A stretch of 64,000 nt of DNA from Leucoraja erinacea (taxonomy: Eukaryota), in NCBI RefSeq assembly GCF_028641065.1, contig NC_073407.1:13702001-13766000 (forward strand). The letters are read 5' to 3'. Every line of letters starts with the position of its first letter. Position 1 is the first letter of the stretch. A program made the position numbers and the translations under genes. Below, in pieces: positions 50,135 to 63,050 of this stretch. The notes beneath the pieces were generated by a model, which had not been told where the DNA came from, made no database searches, and was given only the letters and a program-made list of their open reading frames with translations.

Positions 50135-52381
50135 CAGATTCACAAGGTGTTTCTGCTTAATGCAATAATTCACAGCTGTGAAGGTGGTGTTATATTCCGT
50201 CAAATATGATTCTGCCACAGCATACACTATCCCAACCTTTTACTGCCTGTTTCTACCTCCTAATCAAAATTCACGAATAGCAGTGCCCTGGTAGGCCTAT
50301 CCTTACTGCCTGCTCGCCCCACTGAATTTATCTTTTCATTCCTCAACTCCTGTACCACACTGTGTAATCCCTTTGCACCTAATTTGGAATGCCTTGTATG
50401 CTCTCCCATCATTTCAACAAGTTCCAATTCCCTGGCCCCCACCGCCACATCTTTACCATGAATATCTAGACCTTGTACAGCTACATCCCCCTCTAGGAAG
50501 GCTTTAAGATTCTCTGCTTCTTTCTGGGATGTAAATCCAACCAGTTATCTTCTACAAACACACTCCCCATTTCCGGTTGAGGCCAAAAACCAACACCAAG
50601 TACCCATTTACACTAATTCCATTTCATTCTGCACTTCTGCTTATCACTGGCCCCAGATTTTACACAAGGGGCAACTCACAACGGCTAATTAACCTCCAAA
50701 CCTGCGTGTCTTTTGTACGGTGGAGGAACTCCAGAGAGCATCCAAACTACACAGAGAAAGCAGAGGTGGCGATTGAACCCAGGTTGCTGGAGCTGTGAGC
50801 CAGCAGCTCTACTTGCCGTGCCACTGTACTGCCTCCCTGTTCCCAGAATAAACTTTCGTACATCTGCACAAAATCATCATTATTTTAAATTCAAGACCCA
50901 GACTTCACTGGCAAGACAGGCATTTATTGTCCATTTCGAATTGGACTTGAGATAGTGTTGTTGAATCACCTTAAATTCCTGTTATCCTTCTGGCAGAGTT
51001 TTTGTTAATGAAAAGTGAATTAAAGACTCATTCATCATGTGCCAAATGTGGAAGGTGTTCCAGGGAAAGAGGAATGTTTTTTTTTTTTAAAGCAAGCATA
51101 CCTGTACCTGTATTTCAATCAATTTGCTATTTAAACTGAAACTTCATCTTTGATTAAAGTGAGTGGGGATATTTAAGAGCATTAAATATGAGCAGTGAAG
51201 AATATTCTCCAAATCCTATTACACACAAAAGCTGTGGGCAGCTGGCCATCTCCTACTTGTGATGTTAAATGTAGAAAAAAAATGCAGTTCAGCTCTCCAG
51301 AAACATTACCTTAAACAAGTAATGTGTTCAGAATCCTCACACTCCAACCACGTGCAAGCAAAAATTGGAAATATGGGTCTATTGTAAATCCAACCCATAC
51401 GTATGTTCTAAATTAGTTGAAGAATACATCTTTACAATGGCTTGGGCTAGTTTTCTGCTAACGTGTCCTTAATACATCAAAGCCTTCTGCCAACTGACAT
51501 TAATTGCTTTCACCCTCCAAGGAGACAGGACAACAGCAAGGATATTGAAGCATTTGAGTACATGTGGAATGTATCGTTTCTTCCAAATAGCTGAATCATA
51601 AAGGTTTTACCCATGTGGAAGGAGACCATATACAGTGGTATTCTCTGCAATTCCGGATTCACATCACTGTGCCGTCAGGTAGATAGAATCGACAGTGCTT
51701 TACAGAGCAGCTCCCTGGCCACTTAATGGGGGTTGAGGGAATTCTGGTCTGCCATTTCCTGGCAGACAGTAGGGAGATCACTCTGCAGTTACCATAATTG
51801 GGAATGATTTTATTTCTTGTAGGCGGTCATGATTATGGAATCTCCCAGGGTTCCACATTGTGGGTTTTGACCGAAGTTCCACACCAAGTTGAGAACTTCA
51901 GCATAAACCATCTATTCTGTTGGCTTTTATAGTTGACATAGCCTTTCCAACTTCTTCTCGGTCACTATCAGGAAAAGCTGAATTGGCCAAACTGCTTTAG
52001 AATAGGTTGATGTGGTGACCTGATGGAAGATTTTTTTTTAGTGGAATAAATAGGTCAGACAGAAAAAAAATGACAATTGCGGGGAAGTCCAAACTACACC
52101 ATAGATATACCTGTAGTAGAAATGTGTTTTCTCATAGTGTGGAAATCGCTATCGCAGTAGGCGTGAATTGAGTAAAGCATACATGTTTTTTTTAGAGATG
52201 AATCAACAGATTAACAGAATAAGATAAGTGGTTAATGTGAGATGCATTGAACTTGGGGAGTGCAATGAAAAACAGATAAGGTGGAAACAATTGTGAAGAC
52301 CTTTTCTGGTGGATCACTTATTTAGGTACGTCCCCCCCCCCCCCCCCCCCCCCCAATCAATCTCGACACACCTCAAATTAT

Positions 52382-53813
52382 AACCATGTAGAAATTACAG
52401 CAGTATTTATACAGTCCCCACATTTCAGGGCACCATAATGTTTGGGGCACAGCAATGTCATGTAAATGAAAGTAGTCATGTTTAGTATTTAGCTGCATAT
52501 ACTTTGTGTGCAATGACTGCTTGAAGTCTGCGATTCATGGACATCACCAGCTGCTGGGTGTCTTCTCTGGTGATGCTCTGCCAGGCATGTATTACAGCCA
52601 TCTTTAGCTTATGCTTGTTTTGGGGGCTAGTCCCCTTCAGTTTTCTCTTCAGCATATAAAAGGCATGCTCAATTGGGTTCAGATCAGGTGATTGACTTGG
52701 CCACACAAGAAATTACAATTTTTTAGCTTTGAAAAACTCCTTTGTTTCTTCAGCAGTACGTTTGGGATCATTGTCTTGCTGTAGAATTAACTGCCGGCCA
52801 ATGAGTTTTGAGACATTTTTTGAACTTGAGCGGATGGGAAGCATCTATACACTTCAGAATGCAATATGCTACTACCATCAGCAGTTGTATCATCAATGAA
52901 GATAGGTGAGCCAGTACCTTCTGTAGCCATACATGCCCAGGCCATAACACCCCCACCACTGTGTTTCACAGATGATGTGGTATGCTTTGGATCTTGGGCA
53001 GTTCCTTCTCTCCTACATACTTTGCTCTTGCCATCACTGTGATATGTTAATCTTCATCTCATCTCTCCACAAGACCTTTTTCCAGAACTGTGGTTGCTCT
53101 TTTAAGTACTTTTTGGCAAACTGTAACCTGGCCATCCTACTTTTGCAGCTAACAGTGGTTTGCATCTTGCAGTGCAGCCTCTGTATTTCTGTTCATTAAG
53201 TCTTCTGCGGACAGTGGTCATTGACAAATCCACACGACTCCTGGAGTGTTTCTGATATGTCAGACAGGTGTTTGGGGATTTTTCTTTATTATAGAGAGAA
53301 TTCTTCTGTCATCAGTTGTGGAGATCTTCCTTGGCCTGCCAGTCCATTTGCGATTAGTAAGCTCGCCAGTACTTTCTTCTTAATGATGTTCCAAACAGTT
53401 GATTTTGGTAAGCCTAAGGTTTGGCTGATGTATCTAACAGTTTTATTCCTGTTTCACATCTCATAATGGCTTCTTTGACTTTCATTGGGACAACTTTGGA
53501 AACTTCTATTGCTGTTCATCAACATGAGGACCAAAGGTGATGGAAAGACTGGAGAAAAGACTAGGTGCTGAGAGCTCTCTTATACCTGCATTAAGGAGGC
53601 AATAAACACACCTGAGCAATTACAAACATTATGGTGTCAGGTGTCCCAAACACAATGGCGGGACCATGTATAAACACAGCTGTAATTTCTACCTGGTGAA
53701 ACCAAAATGTATAAAAATATATTTTTAATAAAATCTGACAATGTGCACTTTAACCACATGTGATGTTTTCTATTACAAATGGGTTTCTGTCCCAAACATT
53801 ATCGAGGGCACTG
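52382..53813 (-). mobile_element. Degenerate Tc1/mariner DNA transposon (IR/DR type)
   Basis: Transposase fragments WPSQSPDLNPIEH and KHSGGGVMAWACM in shifted frames. Right TIR ends GAGGGCACTG+TA at 53813; 53641-53700 is inverted relative to 52382-52450, so the left TIR is truncated. Confidence 0.9.
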
Positions 53814-55207
53814 TATGTAGCTACCAAAGCATTCAATGCTCAAATGTCCAAAATCATTCACCATCTTCTGAAGTATAGACGAAAAGTGAATTTGAAGACT
53901 CGGTGTGCATTGGGAGGTTTATGCTGCTGTGCATTTTATTGGCTAGGGGTAGGTGCAGCAATGTTGATGCTGCTGTGTGTCTAAATAGCATGAGCACAGA
54001 GTAGATTCTGGTGCTTTTCACTGGATCATGGAATATGATTCATATGGCATTAATAAGTCACATCAATCACTGAGATGAGCTCCAATCCTACATGTTTTCC
54101 ATCCTCAACTTGAGAATAGTTGTAGCTGAGAAAAGTCCACGCCAAACTTCCTTAAAAGGATTTATCTGTGACATGAATGTTACATAGGGGTGCGTTGTGT
54201 ATGGAATTCATCAAGCCAGCTCTGTGGACTTAGCCAATTTCTACCAATGCTTTCCATGTCAGTTGACTGAATTCGCAGACCATCAGGGATCTGACCCCAT
54301 CAACGAGCCGATGCCGGAAAGCACCATCCTCAAACTGATGTTTTATAATGGCATTGATAGAGTTCACATTACACACTGCTGCCAGTGTGGCCCATTCTTT
54401 ACAGGACAGCACCTTCACTTCAATGGTGGAATACATTTGTAAACATGATGCTTTATTACTAATTGTATTCATTGAGCAACAGCAATTATTAACCCAGTCT
54501 TTCTCCTCAGGCAGCTGCCTCTTCTGGGTAGTACAATTAAAAAAAAACCACACAAATATTTCATTATATCACTCCTTCACGGAGCTGCATTAAATTATAT
54601 CCTTGCCGTTGAATTCACAGCTGACAGATCTATATTGACATATCCTTCCTCCAATTATTTGTATACAAGACCCATTGTATGAAAGCCACACAATGAACAG
54701 ATATCAGAGCACAGCAGACACCTGGACATATTGAAAAGCAAAGAACCTGCAGATTCTGGAAATCTGAAATAAAAACAAAAAATGCTGGCAACACTCAGTA
54801 GGTCAGGTAATATATGTGTATGTGTGTGTGTGTGAGAGAGTGAGAAAGAGATGGGGTTAGTGGTCGGGTTGACAACTCTGCTTCAGAACAAGGTAAATTA
54901 ATCTGATCCAATAAAACGATGCAAATTCAATATGTAGTATCTCATCTGACTGAGACGATCGCGGGGAACTCAACACCGAGCTCCTAACAACCACGTGTAG
55001 ATCTGGCGTGAGAGCAGAGAGCGCTTGAGTGCTCGATGGATCTTGCATCATCTGTCAGGTGTTTCCAGCATTTCCTGTTTAAACCCAATGAAATATCTGC
55101 TCTGCCCTCCAATAATTCCATCAATCATCAGCAACAGGTGCAATGTTTTCCACAAACACCCACCATGCTCAGAGTCTTGACTTCCCTCAATTCCCTCAAA
55201 AACATGG

Positions 55208-55508
55208 ACGGCATGGTGGCACAGCAGTAAAGTTGCTGCCTTACAGCGGCAGAGACCCGGGTTCAATCTTGACTAAGCGTGCTGTCTGTATGGAGTTTGT
55301 ATGTTATCCTTGTGACCTGCATGGGTCTTCTTCGGGAGGTCCGGTTTCCTCCCACATTCCAAAGATGTACAGGTTTGTAGGCTAATTGGCTTGGTACAAA
55401 TGTAAATAGTGCGTGTAGGATAGTGCTAATGTGCGGGGGTCGCTGGTCAGCGTGGACTTGGTGGGTCGAAGGGTCTGTTTCCGCGCTGTATCTCTAAACT
55501 AAACTAAA
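55208..55508 (+). mobile_element. HE1-type V-SINE (near full length)
   Basis: ggcatggtggcacagcagtaaag...ggttcaatc A/B boxes, V-domain, ctaaactaaactaaa tail. Confidence 0.82.
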
Positions 55509-57102
55509 TAACATAAAAAAACAGAGCACTATAAATATTCTAAATGTCAGGCAGGGTGGAGTGTACTAAACATAATATTGCCCACAATGAAAAAGGCTGG
55601 TCCCCAAACAGAATTAACGTGATGGCAAATCAAACACTCGAGTCAATTGCATAACTGCCTGCCCTTGGCTAGAAGCCAGCTCAATTATATAAACAGTTTC
55701 ACAATAGGATAAGCACAAAGACAGGGCCCTCCTCTTCACACAATGTCACCACTGGGAAATACCCTACCTCAGGGATATTAGCCTCATTTAACTGGAGCTT
55801 CTTCCCAATCCATTCTTTCTCATTCCAGATCCTAGTCTGTGATAGGTGCTGGTCCATGTCACGTGGCCAAATTAGTCATTCTCTTGTGAGGCAGTGACAG
55901 TTAATGTGTTATTCGCAGGGTATAGGGAATGGGTACACCATGGATACCACAGCCAGGAGTATCTCTGAATTGTGATTAAATAATTATCTGTCCATATCAA
56001 TCTTTCACGTCTCACTGCAAATACCCTCTATGTATCCACAGGGTAACAGATGGGGGTTAACAACATGAATGATATGTATTTTCCACAAGTACATTCCAGA
56101 TAAAAACGAAGCCAAAACAGGGCATCCCAAACCCTCCTTTCAGCCCTGGGCATTGTCAATCTCTCCCACTGCAGTCTTACCCAGTTGGAATTCTTCCCTA
56201 CTATAACCATGGCCCACCCAGGTGTGGTAGATAGAGATGGAGACTGAATCTTCAAAAGAGTCCCCCAGCTCCATTAACTTCCAGCTACTTCAAGGCCTAC
56301 ACATGCTTCCACTCTTGAAAACAACCTGGAAAAATACATTACTAAAATTATATATTTTCCATAAAATTATGGACTATAGTTAATATTATATTAAGAGTAA
56401 ATAAACTCGATCAAAGCACTCCATAATCTGAAGCAAATGCAGAACATTTTAGTAAAACTCAGCAGGTGAGGCAGAATCAGTGGAAAGTCTTTTCAGGCCA
56501 ACCTCTTCATCAGTTAATGAAATATTGACCGTTTCTCTTTCTGTAGATCTGCTGAGTTTTTTCCAACATTTTCTGCTTTTTTTTTTCCAGATTTCCAGCA
56601 TCTGCAGTTTTTAAATTTCTAGTTTCAGAAACCCTGAAAACTGCTGATTCAAACTTTTCATTCCCAGGATGAGGTCCAAGCCAAGGACGGTTGGTAAGGA
56701 CTAGCATCTTTTGAGTTTCTGCATTTTCTTCCTCACCCTCCCTCACACTTCCTTGAAATAACATGCCTTCATCAAAAAACAGCCAGGCAGTAGGAAGAGG
56801 TACTCAGGCACTCTTGCATCTAACAATAATTGGCTTGGTGGAGATGACACCCGAGTGAATAGAGATGAACATTGCTGACATTGAGAGTTCTCCAAGACTG
56901 GGTCAAGTGTGCAGCACACTCCCAGTCTCCCTTCCTGAATAGAAGCAATATAATGTTCTTATGGCATGTTAATGGGAGACTTTCATCATCTCAGTGACTT
57001 TTACCCCCACGAAATAGGCACACGACAGCTGTATCTTGCCCCCCACCACACCTACAATAACACATCTGACACCTGCAACCCAGATTCCCCCTGTTCATAC
57101 TT

Positions 57103-57410
57103 CAATGAATATTGACTTCTCTAACTTCAAGTAACTTTCCCTCTCTCTCCATCCTTCCCCCCCTTCCCATTTCTCTAACTAGTCTGACTGTCCTCGTTTA
57201 CATTTTATCGCTGTCTGCTTTGTTGTTAACTTCTAGCAAACAATGATCTATTCTACATTGTCCTTAATCTCCATCCCAGCTGGTTTTCGCACCCTTATCT
57301 CTGTATCTCTCCCCGATTCAGTCTGAAGGATCACGACCCAAAACGTCACCCATTTTTCCAGAGATGCTGCCTGACCCGCTGAGTTACTCCAATATTTTGT
57401 GTCTATCACT
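57103..57410 (+). mobile_element. Penelope-like element 3' end fragment
   Basis: MNIDFSNFK* followed by CT-rich tract, ctgaagga..gacccaaaacgtc and the same tail as 38756-39019. Confidence 0.7.
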
Positions 57411-57809
57411 TTAGAATACACTGGTTTCGACTCTTCCACGAGAGAAAAGGGGAAAGATAGAGACAAGATACATCCACTGTACCTCATCTTTAACTGCCCA
57501 TTCCGCTTACAAAAACGGCCTATGGGGGAAAGACCAGCCAGATGTTCCTCCTGCTACCACTCTGCGTTTAGCAACAAGCAGCACATCATCCACTGATTGC
57601 AGGTAGACTGGAAAAGGAAAGGAGACTGCAGTGGGCTTCTTACTGACCAGCTCTCAGTCCAGCACATATCTGAGTGGCAGTGGGACCAGTGTGCCTGTAC
57701 TTCTGGTGCAATCATGCTGACTGAGTAATCCCCCCCCCCCCTCAATACAACGATATAGCAAGGCTGTCAGCTTGAGATCTTTGACCCTGCTGTAGGTGAT
57801 AAAGGTTTG

Positions 57810-58028
57810 TTACAGGTCTGTTAAATCCACAATAGCCTTGATGAAAATGCTGTCATCAACCAAATAATTATTATTGCTGTCCAGTTTGCTGAGTGAACAG
57901 AAGAGAGGGCACCCACTGGCGATGTTCATCTCATTGACTGGTCTCTGGAAAGAGGATGAGGTGACGTCCGGTCGGAATGCATCAATGATGTGCTCACGAT
58001 TGGTCTGGTCCAGCAGCATGAGTGTCAC
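57810..58028 (-). CDS. TRAF2: TRAF2 last coding exon
   Basis: VTLMLLDQTNREHIIDAFRPDVTSSSFQRPVNEMNIASGCPLFC...IVDLTDL*. Confidence 0.95.
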   Translation of the reverse strand: MTLMLLDQTNREHIIDAFRPDVTSSSFQRPVNEMNIASGCPLFCSLSKLDSNNNYLVDDSIFIKAIVDLTDL

Positions 58029-61000
58029 CTGTGGGCAAGCAGGAACAAGCTGGCATTTACAAACCATCTGCAGACCATTCTACAGCATGCCATGCATATG
58101 AGGCCTGCTCCTCCGAGGAGCAGCTGTTGTTCCAATGTAGGAATCAGGGCAGGCTGTACACAGCAAGATCATAAGTGACAGGAGCAGAATTAGGCCGTTC
58201 GGCCCACCAAGTCTACGCCATTGAATCATGGCTCATCTATCTCCCCATCACCTCTGGCACCCATACAAATCAAGAATGTATCTAACTCTGCCTTAAATAT
58301 ATCCACTGACTTGGCCTCCACAGCCTTCTGTGGCAAAGAATTCCACAGATTCATCACCCTCTGACTAAAGAAATTCCTCCTCATCTCCTTCCTAACAGAA
58401 AGTTCTTTAATTCTGAGGCTATGACTTCTAGTCCTAGATTCTCCCACTTTGGAAATATCCTCTCCGCATCCACGCTATCCAAGCCTTTCACTATTTTGTA
58501 CGTTTCAATGAGGAGACAATGAGTAGTTCCCAGACAATCTCAAATTAAGGGATGATGCCCAGGACACCTCACAGAACTCTACCTATAGAACAGCTGGCAC
58601 ATCTCTACTATCAGGGACCCCCCCCCCAGTCATGGGTCTCTCCCACCGCTTCCCTGAGTAACTGGTTCCACCTGACCGACACTCCCCATCCTCCTTTACT
58701 CATTGTCTGTTCCTCCTCTGCCTCACCAGCAGGCTCCTGAGAACTACCGACAAATCTGCCAATGTGTTTGCGTCAGACTTGCTCAATGCATTCAAACCCC
58801 CTCCCTCCTCCATGGGCCTGTGTATGCCTGAGCTTCATTAACTGCCAACAGGGCTCCTTAATGTGTTGGCCACGAGAATGCAAACCTACCTTTTGTTTGA
58901 ATGGCCATCTGAGCAATCCGTCGAAGTTTCCCTTCATAATGACAAAGAAGAGGGACAGGTGGGTGCTGCGACCCACGCCGTCACCGTGCAGGTAGATACG
59001 CATGCACATCTTGTATCCGTACTTACTGGTGTAGAAAGCTGAACAATTAAAAAGGAAGTGTTAGAGCTGGACAGTGGCAACGGGCAGGGACAATGCCGAG
59101 CAGTCGGGACAAAATTGTACTGGCTGTGAGATGAGGACGACTGATGAGCAACAGTAAGTAGCAGAGGACTGACAGACAGACAATGAAGGTGGCAGATGGC
59201 ACAGTTGGCAGTGAGAAGGAACACATCTCTCCCCCCCCAGTCATGGGTCTGTAACATCCCTCCCTCCCCCCCCCGTTAAGAGGCAGGACAATCGGCTTTC
59301 TCACAGCTCCACAGGCCCATGTTCAATCCTCACCTCCTGTCTGCATTTTATTGTGCCCATGCAAGTGCTTCACCTTCCTCCTACATCTCAAAGAGCGCCA
59401 GGTTGTAGTTTAATTAGGTGCATTAAATTGACCATACTCGGGTTGACGAGTGGTAGAATGTGAGAATTTGGGTCATTGATGGGAATGAGGGGGAGAATAA
59501 AATGGGTTAGGTTAAGATAAGTATGAAATGGGTGCATGATGGTCAGTGTGAACCTGGTGCACTTAAGGAGTGTTTCTGTGCTTTCTGTCTCTAATGTTAG
59601 GCCAATTCTCCAAGGATTTAACCTGTCCTTTCCAACTCTGTGATTTACCCGTTCTGATGCATATTCCTTTCCTCTCCATCCCGCTGTAACACTGTGCACT
59701 TGCTGGTCCCATCTGAACCTGCACCTCATTTTATTCCACACACACACAAACTCACTTAACAGTCACCATTCAGATCAGTCTCAAGGTTCAGACCAAATTA
59801 TTCCCAAAGAAAGAAAATGGGAATTTGCAAACATTGCGCCAATGAAAGGAAAAGCGACATGTATAAAAGTGTTACTTGACCAATTCTATGTTCTCAAAGG
59901 AAAGTTGATGACTAACACTGCAAGTACGACACTGGGGAAAGCCCCAGGAGAATGGAAAGTGAATTTAAAAATGAAATACAAGTCAAACTGGAAGCATAAA
60001 AATATCCTTGTCGTTAAAATAAAATAAAATAAAATATCAAAACCTTTTTCAATAAATTTGTGATGGGAAATATTAGAGGTCAAAACTGTACACTATGCAG
60101 AGGCTATAAGAGAAGGAGAGATCAAAATGAATAATTAGCTTCTATCTTTGAAGGAGAGCACCTGATACAGGAATCAACATTGAGAAAAATGTTTCCAAAA
60201 TGATAAATATTGGTAGTATATTAAAAAAAAAAAAGTGGATAAACAAAACAGGTCCCACAACCACTGACATGGATAAGTTGGTAGGTGGGCCTCTTTGTGA
60301 GGGCAGTTCCAGTTTCAGGCTCCCTGGCAGTCAGTGATAGGACTTTATCTTCTGTCAACCAGTAACTGCAGCTGTTCAGAGATTGCCACATATGGAGAAA
60401 GGGACTTGAACATTTGAGCGCCGATACCCAGAGAGTAGTTGGGAGTCAAAGAATGTCAGCACCCAGTGGGAAGTGAGTGAGCAGAGGATCCGGGCACAGT
60501 GTGATGCCAGTAAGCGGTGGGACAGGGCTCAGTGGGAAGTCAGAGAGCAGGGAGATGGGCTCAGTGGGAAGCAAGAGAGCAGAGGGACAAAGCACAGTGG
60601 GGATAGATTCATTGCCACTGCCAGGCAGTTGACAGAAATGACTGTCTACTGGTAATAGTTTCATTTTCTGGCTGTAGATGCCCTCAGATAATTCAGACAA
60701 TGAGGCCCAGCTGCGTTCATTCAGTGCTTGCACTTTCCGTCATTTCATCATGGGCAATATTAGGCTAAATTTAAATATTCCCTAAAATCATAATCAATAA
60801 TTCAGGGCCAACCTGGTGAGAATATGGCTGGTGACCTCTGGGATTTGGCATCCTGTCGCCTTCTGCTGAAATCTCCTATCTTCCAAATGAAGACGCCGTT
60901 GTGGGTGCTGAACTCGAGGGCTTGCAGCTTCACCTCCAGCTCTGCTATCGCCAGGTCCTTCAGTGCTGACACACGGTCCATCTGACGCACCTGAGAACAG

Positions 61001-61941
61001 GTTTGAAGAGTGAAAACAAGAAGGCAATTCACGAGACCGGAAAAAAAACAGACTGGTTGGTGAATGGGAACGTTTTAATTTGCAGGTAGAGCTCCAGATG
61101 GTGACCTTGCAACTTTGCATCAATCATATCAGAAGCCCAACTGGCATTCTCCCATAATTATTTAATCACTCGGCTCCTAAATTCCCAGCAAGTGCATTCC
61201 ACTTGAGGAATGATTATATGCTCATTTACACATTAATCTGCTCGAGAGTGGGAAAGATCGTGGAGCCATACCCTGAATTCCAGTGCAATGTCCCCAACCA
61301 ATGCAGAGGTCAGCCAGAAATTCCACAGAGATGGCTTCATCTTATTCATCACCTTCTCAATGCCAAAGTTTAACTATTGAATAGCTGCTGGCACAGGGTG
61401 CCTCGCTGCATGCAGAAAGAATGCATCTTGTTTGAGCCACTGGGCAGTGTTTGACTGACACTGACCCAGCAGAGGGGGTGACCACCTGGGTGGGCCTCAA
61501 GATGTTCACTGTCCTCTTTCCACATACCTTTGCCAGCAGGTCTTCAATCTTCTCCTGGTCTAGTTTGTGTTGCTGCTCATACGCTGCCATGCTTACAGAG
61601 GCTCTCTCCACTTCACGGTTGAGAACACAAACAATATTTTCAAACGTTTCAGCTTGGTGTTTGAGAGCTTCGCACCGCTTTTCGACGTTGTCTAGCTTTT
61701 CGGATTTCCCCAACATCTCAGAGGAGGCGGCCTGCTGACCGAGAGAGTAGAAAGGCCTAATTGATTCTTCTATTTGTCGAACTGAAGTCAGCAGCTGGTT
61801 TACTTTAACATTGCCCTGCTGCAGACTCGTGGGTTGCAAGCCGCCTGTTGCATTCTTTAACTCCATGATTTGCGGCAGCATCATACGGAGGTGCTCTACT
61901 GTGCACTGGTTCTCGTGCTCAAGTAATTTCTCCTTCTCAAC
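57810..61941 (-). CDS. TRAF2: TNF receptor-associated factor 2, 3' part (last four coding exons); 5' exons lie beyond the window
   Basis: Exons (-): 61528-61941, 60813-60990, 58890-59038, 57810-58028; coiled coil TFENIVCVLNREVER and MATH domain ending DDSIFIKAIVDLTDL*. Confidence 0.95.
58170..58510 (-). mobile_element. CR1/HER1 LINE 3' end
   Basis: RSHSLRIK...RRNFFSQRVMNLWNSLPQKAVEA. Confidence 0.85.
58890..59038 (-). CDS. TRAF2: TRAF2 exon (MATH domain)
   Basis: FYTSKYGYKMCMRIYLHGDGVGRSTHLSLFFVIMKGNFDGLLRWPFKQK. Confidence 0.95.
60813..60990 (-). CDS. TRAF2: TRAF2 exon
   Basis: VRQMDRVSALKDLAIAELEVKLQALEFSTHNGVFIWKIGDFSRRRQDAKSQRSPAIFSP. Confidence 0.95.
61528..61941 (-). CDS. TRAF2: TRAF2 exon (end of zinc finger plus coiled coil)
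   Basis: VEKEKLLEHENQCTVEHLRMML...TFENIVCVLNREVERASV...KIEDLLAK; 414 nt. Confidence 0.93.
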
Positions 61942-62499
61942 CTGTGAAATCAATTGAAGACTATATAAGAAAACAATTGACGATCCACACAGATGCAGCA
62001 AGGATAAAAGCCGCTACAACACATTTTCCGAGTGCTGGATGCGTTGACATGTTTTGAAGGCAGGGAACCAGATCCTGTCTTTCCAAACTAATGTATTGTT
62101 GGGGGGGGGGGGGGGGGGGGGGGGTTTGTTGTTTGTTCCTCTCAACTATTAAACAAGTATGAAAATAGTCGAGTTTGTAGGTTTATGTTTTATGGATCAA
62201 GCACTTTCTGGAAAAGAAGGCATAAGAATGGAATCAGATAAAATCTTTTTAATCTAGACCCAGGACTATTACAAGCCAATGATCATTTGGCCCAATCTAG
62301 TTCTTTGACATTTACTTGGGTGGGGAGTAAGGGGTTAAAATAAAAGAACCTTGTCATTGGTTACCAGTAGAAACCACTAGGGAAATATTGGTCACCAAAT
62401 ACACTCACCTCTCCACCATTAGTTCCACTGTAGGCAATAAAAATGGGCTCAGAGGCCATGGAAGTATATTCCTGAATATATTAAATGGTGGCAACATAA

Positions 62500-63050
62500 G
62501 AATTTAAGAAGTTGGAGTAGGCCCTTTGACCCTTTGTGCCTGTTCCACTGTTCATCAAGATCATGGCTGACATTCTACCACCACACATTTTTCCTGCCCT
62601 ATCTGCCCATCCTTGATTCATTCAATATGCAAAAACCCATCAAGTTTTATTTTGAAACTTCCAAACATTCACAACCATTTGGGTGAAGAAATTGCTCATC
62701 TCAGTTCTAAATGGCCTACACCTTATTCCGAGACTGTGGTTCCTGGTTCCAGACTCATTAGCCTCTATACCGCTCAATTTTGTACACTTCTATCAGATCC
62801 CTTCTCAGTTTCCTCTGCTCCAAGAAAAGCAAACCCAGCCTGTCCACATGAATTAAAAACTCCTTCTCTGGCAACATCCTGGTGAAATTCCTCTGCATAC
62901 ATTCCAGTGCAATCACATCCTTCCTATTCAGTGATGACTGGAACTGCACATAATATTCCAGCTGTTATGGAAAGCTCCACCGTAACTTCCCTACTATTAT
63001 ATTCTGTGCCCTGGCCAATGCAAGTATCTGGCATGCCCTCTTTACCATTT
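62500..63050 (-). mobile_element. CR1-clade LINE fragment
   Basis: KDVIALECMQRNFTRMLP...RRDLIEVYKI. Confidence 0.75.

Noticed and set aside
62100-62124. Poly-G run (and poly-C at 52332-52354) as G-quadruplex elements
   Set aside because: Simple homopolymers of uncertain assembled length; no evidence of function.
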